Below are positions 22,761 through 33,835 of a stretch of DNA of 64,000 bases, piece by piece. Source of the stretch: Octopus vulgaris (Eukaryota); contig OX597817.1 in assembly GCA_951406725.2 (NCBI GenBank), positions 173,972,001 through 174,036,000 of the forward strand, read 5' to 3'. The notes under the pieces were generated by a model. It was not told where the DNA came from. It was given only the letters and a program-made list of their open reading frames with translations, and made no database searches. The translations under genes and the position numbers were made by a program. Each line of letters opens with the position of its first letter. The stretch's first letter is position 1.

Positions 22761-23840
22761 TCATCATCATCGTTTAACGTCTGCTTTCCGTGCTAGTATG
22801 GGTTGGACGATTTGACTGAGGACTGGCGAACCAGATGGCTGCATCAGGCTCCAATCTTGATCTGGCAGGGTTTCTACAGCTGGATGTCCTTCCTAGTGCC
22901 AACCACTCCGAGAGCGTTGTGGGTGCTTTTACGTGTCACCAGCACAAGGGCCAGTCAGGTGGTACTGGCAATGGCCACGCTCAAATGGTGTTTTTTACAT
23001 GCTACCTGCACAAGAGCCAGTCCAGCGGTACTGGCAATGACCTTTCCTCGAATGTTTTTCACATGCCAGTGAGGCAACACTGGGAACAATCACGCTCAAA
23101 CACTGTTTTTTATGTGTCACAGGCATGGAGCCATTCAGCCGCTCTGGGAACAATCACACTCGGATGGTGCTCTTAGCGCTCCACTAGCACGGATGCCAGT
23201 CATCAAATTTGATTTCCATTTCACTTGCCTCAACAGGTCTTCGCAAGCAGAGTTTAGTGTCCAAAGAAGGAAAAGGTACGCATAAGTGGGCTGGTTACAC
23301 CCCTGGCATAGGCCATGAGGTTATGGTCTCATTTGGCTTGCCGGGTCTTCTCAAGCACAGCGTATTTCCAAAGGTCTCGGTCACTAGTCATTGCCTTGGT
23401 GAGGCCCAATGTTCGGTCATGCTTCACCACTTCATCCCATGTCTTCTTAGGTCTACCTCTTCCACAGGTTCCCTCAACCAGTAGGGTGTGGCACTCTTTC
23501 ATATAGCTATCCTCATCCATTCTCGCCACAAGACCATACCAGCACAGTCATCTCTCTTGCACACCACATCTGATGCTTCTTAGGTCTAACTTTTCTCTCA
23601 AGGTAATTACGCTGTCGAGTATGCACACTGACATTACATATCCATCGAATCATACTGGCTTCATTCCTTACGAGCTTACACATGTCTTCAGCAGTCACGG
23701 CCCATGTTTCACTGCCATGTAGCATGGCTGTTCGTACACATGCGTCATACAGTCTACCTTTAACTCTGAGCGAGAGTTAAAGGTAGACCATCAGAGGTAA
23801 GAGCTCTCTGAACTTTGCCCAGGCTCTTCTTATTCTAGCA
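22761..23840 (-). mobile_element. 5'-truncated RTE-clade LINE (ORF C-terminus, 3' UTR, (GAT)n tail)
   Basis: Minus strand FRELLPL...LSLRVKGRLYDACVRTAMLHGSETWA and EGTCGRGRPKKTWDEVV (YGSETW and RGRP..TW motifs of RTE). Confidence 0.93.
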
Positions 23841-23844
23841 GATC

Positions 23845-24030
23845 GCTAGCCACTAAACCTTTTTATTTTCTCTCTCTGCTTATTTCTATGTTCCTTTCTG
23901 TTGAAGAGCGTAGGCTCGAAATGTTAAAGACGTTCTCACTTCCCGAGCGTTAAACTAATACATCTGTTTGTTGTTTACACATCTGTCTTCATCTTTTGTT
24001 CTGTCTTTTTTTTTGTAAATTCCAACTATA
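23845..24030 (+). mobile_element. About 190-bp hammerhead-motif element (Penelope pLTR-like)
   Basis: CTTT-CTGTTGA-A-GAGC-GTAG-GCTC-GAAA-TGTT-AAAG at 23894-23929; ends GTAAATTCCAACTATA; homologous to 36747-36935 and, more distantly, 63157-63348. Confidence 0.65.
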
Positions 24031-24045
24031 CACACTCACACACAA

Positions 24046-24261
24046 GGGGGGGGGGAATGTTCCTGGCTTTAAAGATATTGTGAAAGGCCAGGTTGGTGGC
24101 TCAACCTTCCAAGTTCTTTTACAGGGCTTAGAAAAACTGACGGACCACTGCAAAAAAGAGTGAATCTAAGAAGGGGATATGTTCAATAAAATCATAATTA
24201 ATTGATCCTCCTGCATTTTATTTTGCCCAAAACCAGCAACTTTTCAGCACCTCCTCATGTA
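24046..24261 (+). mobile_element. Non-autonomous mariner element
   Basis: Internal LLQGLEKLTDHCKK..G.YVQ* resembles the mariner C-terminus (G..KL..RW.KC....G.YVE); right TIR CAGCAACTTTTCAGCACCTCCTC, left TIR degenerate. Confidence 0.65.
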
Positions 24262-24290
24262 TTATATATATGTATATATATATATATAAG

Positions 24291-24615
24291 CATCATCATT
24301 TTTTAACGTCCGTTTTCCATGCTAGCATGGGTTGGACGGTTCAACTAGGGTCTGGGAAGCCAGGAGGCTGCACCAGGCTCCAGTCTGATCTGGCAGTGTT
24401 TCTACAGTGAGTGTAGTGGGTGCTTTTTACGTGCCACTGGCACAGGTGTCAGGGGAGGCTGGCAACAGCCAAGACTGGTTGGTGCTTTTTATGTGCCACC
24501 GGTACGGAAGCCAGTCTAGGCGGCACTGGCATCGGCCACATTCGGATGGTGCTTTTTACGTGCCACTGGCACAGGTATCGCAACTACAATTTCCATTTGA
24601 TTTTTTGATATTGAT
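24291..24615 (-). mobile_element. RTE 3' UTR-derived element
   Basis: Same tail as 5050-5628, with internal GTGCTTTTTACGTGCCAC subrepeats. Confidence 0.8.
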
Positions 24616-25148
24616 GCATATATATATAGATATATGTGTGTGTTTGTACGTATGTATATTATCATTATCCAAAAAGAAAGGTGCCTCATAAAAAGCACTG
24701 ATGATGGTGCAATGGGGCATACGAAAAGCACCCAATACACTAATAAGTGGCTGGCATAATAAAGGGCATCAAGCTGTAGAAACCAGGCCAAAAACAGATT
24801 ATGGAACCTGATGCAGCCCTTATCAATCCATCCAACCCATGCAAGCATAGAAAACAAATGTTGAAAGATGGTGATAATGATTATTATTATTTTTACATCT
24901 ACTTTAGAGTGGTCATTTTATGTGAGGTGTTGATGAAAAGAGTTGAGTTAGGTTTGTTGTGGAGGTGATCCATATCTAATTCACATTTTACAGATATAGC
25001 TGGAGTAGTACCTCAGTGAGTGGTAAGTAGGGTGGTGATGAAGTAGCATATCCTCAAGATAACATATCTAAGAAGAACAGATCATGGAAATTAGAGAATC
25101 AATAGAGGTAGGTAAGGCTGCAAGAGTGTAAGGGAAGAATGAGAGATT

Positions 25149-26538
25149 GATATAAATATAGGTTGGAGGCAGTCAGATGTGTATAGGAGGTGAACAGGAG
25201 TTGGGTGATTGATGGTAATTATGAGCAGAGTTAACAATAAGTATGAAGGATAGATGTTAGTTGGAAATAAACTCAGAGACGAGGGAGGTTGACTAACTAC
25301 AGAAAGAATAAAATGAAATGGTCTCTAGTAATATATGTCATCATCTTTTAATGTCCATTTTCCATGGTGGCATGGATTGGACATTTTAAGAGGATCCAAA
25401 AAACCAGAGGACTGCATCAATGTTCATTTAAATGTTGGCTTTTGTATGGCTTCTTTGGCTGGATGTCCATTCTAATGTCACCCATCTTACAAAGTGTGCT
25501 GGGTTCATGTCACCAGCACTGTCAAAGTGTTAATGTAGTTCACAAAACTAAAATCCATTTCAACTGAGTTGGGGCTACAGTAGAGAAAGGTAGCTTTATG
25601 CTAGGAGATGAGAAGTTAAAGTATGAAAGAACGGCCCAGAACTGAATAAGTTACTTGCTGGAGAGGAGCTACCTGGCTACTTACATTATAGAGTAATGGG
25701 TGGGGTGGAACTGGAAAGAGAGAGAATAATGGTGATAAAGTGTTAGAGCAGATCCCGAAAGTACAAGGTCAGTAGAGACAGAACTGGGGATGAGGATGGT
25801 AGAGGTTGCAAGAGTGTATGGGGAGAATGAGGGGTAAATATGATGAACAAAGGTTGAGATGTGGTTCATGATAACTAGAAAGAAGAGTTAGGAAGAGTAG
25901 GTGAAGACTGCTGAGATTGGATTTGGTTGAAAGTAGCGAATAGTAGACAAGGGTGAAGTAGTATGGACGATATGAAATGGGAGAAGATAGGGAGAGCAGG
26001 TGATGATCATTTCTTTGAAGCTTAGACTTCTCTCTACAACTTCTCTGATAATTTTTTAAATCTATGATCTTTGTGAAGGTCCATGGCCTCATGGTAAGGG
26101 TGCGGCCCTCACAATCATATGATCATTTTTTATTTCCTTGTTCCATTGTATTCTTGAGCAAAACACTTCATTTTATGTTGCTCCAATCTGCTCAGCTATA
26201 AATGAGTTCCAACAATAGCTGAGAAGTTAATCCTATGACAGATTGGTAACCCATTCTGGAGAGAGTGTTGTAATCTTAGTCCTCTGTATATTGTAGAAAC
26301 CTAAGGCTTATGACAGAGTGTCTTAAATCTGGATATAAACATGGGTTGGAGGTAGTCAGGTGTGTATAGGAGGAGAACATAGTAAATGGTGAACAGGAGT
26401 TGGGTGATTGATGGTGAATATGAGCAGGGTTAACAATAAGAATAAAGGACAGATGTTAGTTGGAAGTAACTCAGAGATGAAGGAGGTTGACTGGCAGTAC
26501 AGAAAGAGTGAAATGAAATGGTCTCTAGTAACATGTCA
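25149..26538. repeat. Diverged direct repeat pair (about 25149-25339 and 26332-26538) in purine-rich sequence
   Basis: Both read GGTTGGAGG.AGTCAG.TGTGTATAGGAGG...GAACAGGAGTTGGGTGATTGATGGT...TGAAATGGTCTCTAGTAA. Confidence 0.85.
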
Positions 26539-26944
26539 CCTGGTTTGAGCTATAACAAACCAGAAATGAATAAAGAATCTCTCTTTACTGAAGTTGACGT
26601 TTCATTCCATTAATACTCTAAGTTTTCCCTTACTATCTCACATGGGTACTTATTTTATCAGTCTCTTTTACTGAACCACTAAGTTATGGGGATGTAAACA
26701 AATCAATACCAGTTGTAAAGTGATGGTGAAGGGACAAACACATACATATATGTATATATATATATATATATTACAGGCTGCTTCACAGTTTCTGTCCACC
26801 TAATTCACACACAAGGCATTAGTGAGCTATAGTAGAAGATCCTTGCCCAAGGTGTCACACAGTGGGACTGAAACAGAAACGATAAGGTTACAAAGCAAAC
26901 TTCTTAACCACAGAGCTATGCCTGAACCTAAATTAATTTTCTTT

Positions 26945-27253
26945 TGGCCCCGTGTCGGTGGCACGTAAAAGCACCATCCGTTCGTGTCCGTTGCCAGCAT
27001 CGCCTGGCCCCGTGCCGGTGACACGTAAAAGCACCATCCGTTCGCCAGCTCTGTCTGGCACCTGTGCAGGTGGCACGTAAAAAACACCCAATACACTCGC
27101 GGAGTGGTTGGCGTTAGGAAGGGCATCCAGCCGTAGAAACACTGCCAGATCTGACTGGGCCTGACGAAGCCTTCCAGCTTCACAGACCCCAGTTGACCCG
27201 TCCAACCCATGCTAGCATGGAAAGCGGACGCTAAATGATGATGATGATGATGA
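26945..27253 (+). mobile_element. Young RTE 3' UTR-derived element
   Basis: Three GGCACGTAAAA-type subrepeats, shared tail and (GAT)n; CpGs intact. A similar copy lies at 51670-52018. Confidence 0.85.
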
Positions 27254-27360
27254 TGGGGCCCTCTTTGAGAATCAGGGATTCTGACTTTTGTTTCAGCTGA
27301 ACCCTTCTCTTAACAGCCTTGCTAGTGAGTTTAAGCTGCCTTATACTTATAGTACTAGTA

Positions 27361-27510
27361 CTGGTAAGTTATAGAAATTTCTATAAAGTTTTGGAAAGTT
27401 ATTGAAAGTATGAGGACATTCTATAAAACCCTTGGAGGTTCTAGGAAGTTTTAGAAAGTAGTAGTCAATTCTATTATGTTCTTGAAAGTTCTAAGAAGTT
27501 CCAGGAAGTA
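27361..27510. repeat. Degenerate 10-bp minisatellite (consensus about CTAGAAAGTT) with 50-bp higher-order period
   Basis: 15 consecutive 10-mers such as atagaaattt, ttggaaagtt, ctaggaagtt, ttagaaagta, cttgaaagtt; AAGTA ends at 27410, 27460 and 27510. Confidence 0.8.
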
Positions 27511-27889
27511 GGCAAATTTTTTTAGATATTTGAAAACGCTTGAAAATTCTTTATCAGCTTATAATCCTGAGTCTGTTTGGAAATGTTCTGCAAAATATCA
27601 TTATTGAGTTTACACTATTTAAATTAAATTACTGGAAAAGGCTAGAAAATTCTCGGAAGCTTAATTTTTATCAGCTATTCAGCACTGAATTTATTTGGAA
27701 ATAGATAATTTCAAAATTAACAGTACCAAATTCACACACAGAGTTTGAAGATAAGGATAATAGTTGTGTTGTTTCTTGTGCATTTTTAGGCATGTGCAAT
27801 AAGGAAATAACATGTACTGCCCAGGAACAGGGGGGGAAAATCGTAAACACCCCCTAGTTACATCGTATTAGCAGTACATTTATTAACAA

Positions 27890-29085
27890 AATCAATGTAA
27901 TGATACAGTGAAACACGACCGAAACTTAAAATTGATTACCAGAAGCTGCCAAGCGCTGTAACCTGATGACACTGAATATCGATAATAATTCATTTGGGCA
28001 AACATCTATCACCTTTCTGGGGTATACAATTATGGATGGTGACATTCAAACCCAACCCTTACTGTTACTTCTGAACCTGTTGATCCATTGTCCTTTGTCA
28101 ACCCGTGCTCGCTAAGAAAGTTTACCTCCCTCAATAGAAAAAAATAAAATGACTACTAACTGTTCCATTTGCAATGGAATAAGAACTAGATTCTATTTAA
28201 ACAACATCTGATAAAAGCTACCTACACTTTTGAGAGATTCAACATTAATTTCTAGCGCTCTCTGCTATCAACAAAAATCGCTATATGTTGACCGTTGATG
28301 ATTTTTTTTTTTTTTTTGCATGTGCTTGTAGCGACATATCACACAACAGCCGTTATTAATTGTATGTGCTAATTGTTTTACATTTTCAGTTGGACGAATA
28401 CTGCTGCTTGATCTGAAATAAAGTCATTCAGATCAAGCAGTAATATTCAGGTTCCAAGAAAAACCCCCACTTTCTCACAAGAAAATGAAATCGCGTCTTG
28501 CTGCTGTTCTCCCTGCAAAAATTGCTTCGGACACAAAAATTAACAGTTGACTTATGGTAGCTAGCACTTGACAGTATTAGAACCCTATGTGCAGCTACTC
28601 AGACAGACGTTCGTTCAGAAAAGGCGGTCCTCGAAATACGGATCTCAATCCCGACTTGTGCTGCTGACTTTGATGTAGTTCAGGTGAAACGATACCCACG
28701 TCTAAGTAAACTTGAACCACACGTGGAAACAGAACTTTTTTAGAGGCCAATCCTGAATATGCCTTCGTCCACTACCCCAAAGTCGAGAGGCTACACTACT
28801 ACTAAGTATCTAGCCCAAGGCACGTTTGCGATTAACCAGACTGAATCAATCAAATCCACAGCCTCCCCGTTCCACTCTATACTCTAATATAACGATACCC
28901 GAAACTACTAATTCTACGTCTGCTACAGTCAAACTGTCAACTTGCAGACCCCAGTCTACCTAGAACCATGAGTATTCATGATAGAAGAAACATCTAAGCA
29001 CTATCCACATCCTTTTAAGACTGAGTACTAATTCCTCAGAATGTGGAATTGTTTATGAAGATTATTTCGTACTTTACTGTCTTAA
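27890..29085 (+). mobile_element. Heavily deleted Ty3/Gypsy LTR retrotransposon remnant
   Basis: TSITFLGYTIMDGDIQTQP (about 28000-28060, RT FLGY motif) and VQVKRYPRLSKLEPHVE..LEANPEYAFVHYP....TTKYLA (about 28680-28820, integrase C-terminus type LLEANP.YA.V.YPDGRE.TVS..LAP). Confidence 0.8.
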
Positions 29086-29286
29086 AATTAACAGTTGACT
29101 TATGGTAGCTCGCACTTGACAGTATTAGAACCCTATGTGCAGCTACTCAGACAGACGTTCGTTCCGAAAAGGCGGTCCTCGAAATTCGGATCTCAATCCC
29201 GACTTGTGCTGCTGACTTTGATGTAGTTCAGGTGAAACAATACCCACGTCTAAGTAAATTTGAACCACACGTGGAAACAGAACTTT
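28536..29286 (+). repeat. 203-bp direct repeat (28536-28738 and 29084-29286)
   Basis: Offset 548 bp; five substitutions counted by eye, no indels. Confidence 0.93.
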
Positions 29287-31266
29287 ACGTTGTTCTAACA
29301 GTTCTCTTTATTATTTAGATCAACAGCGCATATTTAGTCATGTTGTTGGCGGCTTTGTTATTATTTTACCCCGTAATTCAGACATTTGCGTGTTTCCCGT
29401 TTCGTCCGACTTCTTCGGGAATCAGTTTGGTGAATGCTGATTGGTTGAATGGTGAATGCTGATTGGTTGACGTGAAACCGGTGAAACACGAAAATATTCC
29501 CCGTTGTTTGAATCGCTGCAAAGATTTCAAAACAATTTCTAAAATGTGTGATGTTATAAAAAATATCAGGGATTGCTGTAAACATGTAGTATTGGAAATC
29601 AACCTTAATAAATCATTCCGCCTGAAATACTAAAATAGAATTTTGTTAATTAACAGCTGTAAACAAAAATGAATTCATGCCGAGTTCAGGTGTGACTTAA
29701 TCTCGATTTCTGAATGCGTTTTATTAGATTAGACAATATATTACAACTAAATTGTATCCTGATACTACAAGAGTAGCATTATTGTAAAGAAAATAGATTT
29801 TAATGAGTTATCAAAGAATTTATATGCACATCTCATCAAGTAAATAGACTTTAATTGTGTTTCTCTGGTGTTATAACGACACAACTAGTTGTGGGATGTG
29901 CAGCACTGCTATTTCAGAACTGTTACAGATATTTCCTAACAGGGAGCAGAAAAAGAAACTTTGAATGCAATTTTCCTTTATGATCTATTATATTACAGAT
30001 AGAATATAATATTAATATTTAAAATCCAGGTGATCTGCAAATCTCATTTGACACAAAATATTCGGCATCACACACACGCAATATACAACTAGTTTTATTT
30101 TGCAATTTCTTATTGCATATTCCCTTATTAAATTCTTTTTACAATTAAGAGTTTGGTTATAATTTTATCCTGGATCCGATTTCAATTACAGTTTCAAGTT
30201 CTATAATAATAAATAATAATGATGATGATAATTCAAGATGCTGAAAATATTATAAAATGTGTTTTGCGAATCTTTGTTTATAAATTGTTTCGTAAACTTG
30301 TTATTGCTGACTTCTGTAAAGAGTGAAGTAGTTAGTAAAATGATAATGAAATTAATGGGAAATGTTTTAATGCTTAATATCTGACTATTGCTTTCACTGT
30401 TAAAGTTCAGATGATTGAAGTATCGATTCCATAGTGATTCTTTGTAGCTTTACAAAAGTTTACAAAACCGGCCAGAAAATGAATAACGTTTCTTTTTTCA
30501 GTTTTCATCATCAACAAAATTTTTACTTCAAGCATGATATTTCGTTAATAATATTACATGTTTTGAACAGTTTGTGTTGTGTGATTTAGCGATAAACAAT
30601 TTAATCACCTATTTCCTCCAACCTGCTTCTCCAAAACACGAAAATAATGTTGACAAACTTAGTGCATAACATGTGGCTGTGTGGTAAGAAGTTTGCTTCC
30701 CAACCACATGGTTCTGAGTTCAGTCCTTCTGCTTAGCACTTAGGGCAAGCGTCCTCAACTATAACCCCAGGACGACCAAAGCCTTATTGGAGAATTTGAT
30801 AGACAGAAACAGAAAAAAGCTTGTGTATGTGTACACAAGGGTGAGCGGGGCAAAATAGGTTTCAAGTTCTATAATAATAATGATATTATGAAACAGAATA
30901 TACCCTTTACAAATAACTATATCAGCTAAGCAAATGGCCTTCTCTAAATGCATTATAACATGATCTAATGACTATGAAAGACAAACTTGGCTGGGGCAAA
31001 ATGAGTAAGACAAGATAATGTAAATTTGCTGCTTCAGTTCCCCACAAAACAGACTCATACACCTTAATGCCTGTCCTTAGACATGTAAAAAGAAGAAGAA
31101 AAAAAAATGAATATCTAGGTCAAAGGAATGAGGATCAGGGGAAAATGGCATATGATATGAAATTGACGAAACTCGACTGAATAAAAAACACTCAACATAG
31201 AATATTATCTATACCTTATGCTGGGGTGCCCTTTACGTGATGTATTTATTCACTATACTATTAGAG

Positions 31267-31445
31267 CATTGGTTTTCAACCAGGGTTCCGCAAGAAGTTA
31301 CAAAACTGCTAAAATCGGCAGTAATTTTTAAGTCTCCTGTGCAGATATGTGTGCATAAGATTATTAAATTATTGCACTGGGGCTCCTCGAGCCAATGGAA
31401 TGTTTCCTTGGGGTTCCGCTCCAGCAAAAAGCTTGAAAAGCACTG
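31267..31445. mobile_element. hAT (Charlie-like) MITE
   Basis: Perfect 8-bp TSD TATTAGAG (31259-31266, 31446-31453); TIRs CATTGGTTTTCAA / TTGAAAAGCACTG. Confidence 0.9.
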
Positions 31446-32763
31446 TATTAGAGAGAGGAAATTATTGAAATTAGACATTACTCGTTTTAACCCAATTTTA
31501 GACATATTTTGAAACTGGAAAATGATCAAACTAGGCATTAATGCGGGATAAAATTAACTTGGAATCCAACCGAGAAAAGAATATTGTTTGTTAAATGCCA
31601 AAAATTATGTAGATATTTTATTAGCGACCTCAATTTCAAACTGGTCAATGTTGAGGGAAAGTTTCTTGAAAAAAGAAAAGTACCTGTCATCTGACTATGT
31701 TTCGGACTCACTCAGCTTCGACAACAACTATACTGACCAATTTTTACTCCTAAATATAATGTAGCAATACAAAATGATGGTGATTACTCATTTTATCCTT
31801 GATACTAATTTTGCCCCACCTCATAATTCTTTGTAAGTCTAGTACTTATTCTATCGGTCATTTTTGCCGAACTGCTAAGTTACGGGGACGTAAACACACT
31901 AGCATCGGTTGTCAAGCGATAGTGGGGAACAAATACACACACACACACACATATATACAAGATTCTTTCAGTTTCCGTCCATCAAATCCACTCACAAGGC
32001 TTTGGTCGGCCCTAGTAGAAGACACTTGCCCAAGGTGCCATACAGTGGTACTGAACTCGAAACCCGGAACCATTAGATATTAATTTTTTCTTCTTTGCAT
32101 TTCTCATCTTTCTTAGGATGGGAATTGATGTGTTTGAGTTTGTTTTGTTGAGAACTGAAGCAGCACATATTTACATTATCTTTTCTTATTCATTTCCCCC
32201 CCAGCCAAATTTGTCTTTCGTATGCTCGAAGAGAGCGGCAATAATTTTCTGAAATAGCGATCAGATGATGTTATAATGCTTTTTAATGCATTTAGGGAGG
32301 CCATTTGCTCAGCAAATATAATTTCTAGAAAGTGGTTTGTAAAGAGTATATTTTGTCTGAAAGTCAAAAATGCAGTAAAAACACCTCATTTTGCCCCTAT
32401 ATATCTATCATGGTAATATCTACTCTACAAAAAGTGCTTCAGTTTAATGTAGAATTGTTTTTATTTGAACTCGACATAAAAACAAACATTGCTTTGTGTC
32501 TTTGTCCCTGACCACCACTTGACAACCGGTGTCGATTTGTTTATGTCCCCCTTAACTTAGCGGTTCGGCTGAGGGTCCAACAGAAGAAGTACCAGCCTTT
32601 AAAAATGAATACTAGCGGTCGATTCGTTCGACTAAAAAAACCTTTCGATGCGGTGCCCCAGCATGGCCGCAGTCCAATGACTGATAAAAGTGAAAAGAAA
32701 AAAACCCAGTTTTGTTTCATAAGGAAGTTGAAGCTTTTTTTCTTTTCAGCTTACATCTTTATT

Positions 32764-32985
32764 GACCAATCAGCGACGCGTAGATATTTACTGCATACTT
32801 CCATGTTGTGACATGCGCAGTACTGATAATGTCAGACATAAAAAGCTAAACATTGCATTTTAGCCATTGTGAAAAATCATCTCAAATCGTTATTATTATT
32901 TTTTTTTCTTGTGTCCAAGAAGCCACATCAAGGAGTAACTGCATCCGTACGACCTTTTACCAAAATTGAAAGTAAGACCTTCCGG
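32764..32985 (+). promoter_or_regulatory. Putative HSF proximal promoter
   Basis: CCAAT box GACCAATCAG (CCAAT 32766-32770), TGCGCA (32814-32819, NRF1-like) and CTTCCGG (32979-32985, ETS-like) within 300 bp of the ATG, in CpG-retaining sequence. Confidence 0.5.
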
Positions 32986-33036
32986 TCCTGCTCCAGAAAT
33001 AAGGAATTTAACCTCTTTGGAAACCCCGAGTGTTAA

Positions 33037-33156
33037 ATGGTCTTGGAAATGTACCCAGCAACCGAAAATAATTCGGGGACGGTCCCTGCTTTTCTATCCA
33101 AACTATGGACGTTAGTGGAAGATCGTGCCTACGACGACCTCATCAGTTGGGGAATG
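33037..33156 (+). CDS. HSF1: Heat shock transcription factor (HSF1-like), first coding exon, start of the DNA-binding domain; rest of gene not seen in the window
   Basis: MVLEMYPATENNSGTVPAFLSKLWTLVEDRAYDDLISWGM matches HSF helix 1 (VPAFLtKLWtLV.D...D.LI.W). Donor ATG|gttagt is phase 0, two residues after the W, the position of vertebrate HSF1 intron 1. A second in-frame ATG lies at 33049. Confidence 0.92.
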
Positions 33157-33604
33157 GTTAGTATTCCGAACTTCTCCTTCTTCCTCTTCTTCGCTGCTAA
33201 ACTCTTGTGTTCCTCGCCCTCTTCTCTCCATTTGTTTTCTTTCACTGATTGCGTCTCTATTTATTATTCTATACAAGCATGGCCGAACCATTAAAAGTTT
33301 GCTCGCTAAAACACGAGGTCCTTAGCTCGATCTCGTTGCATGGCACCTTAGACGAGTGCCTTTTATCAGAGCCTAGGGTCGACGCAAGCCCCGTGAGTGA
33401 GAGGGGAGAGTCGGAAACTGTGTATTTGGTGTGTTGTTATACCTTTAAATCAAGGGGACAATGTATCATCGCCTTGATTTCTGCCCGAAAAATTGCATTA
33501 AGGGCGCACGAGACGAGGATGTAGATTTATCGAAATAGGGAGTTCTTTTGATCTAACAACTGAATATTTATTGCCCAAACTAACGAAAGATCCGTCTATT
33601 TTAC

Positions 33605-33614
33605 ATATATACAG

Positions 33615-33647
<33 letters not shown>

Positions 33648-33793
33648 GTATATGTATATATATATATATATACATGTATATTATATAGAGGGTACTATTA
33701 TTCATAGGTACCGCACGCTAGGAGGGACTTTTACAGTCAAAACTACTAAAATAAACAAACAAAAAATAATATATATATGTATATATATATATA

Positions 33794-33833
<40 letters not shown>
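33605..33833. repeat. (TA)n and (TG)n microsatellite cluster
   Basis: Direct inspection. Similar runs at about 36130-36200, 46595-46666, 59660-59830 and 59977-60025. Confidence 0.9.

Positions 33834-33835
<2 letters not shown>

Noticed and set aside
28536-29286. Direct repeats as the LTR pair of a TRIM-like element
   Set aside because: The repeat includes integrase-derived sequence; no TG...CA ends, PBS or TSD seen.
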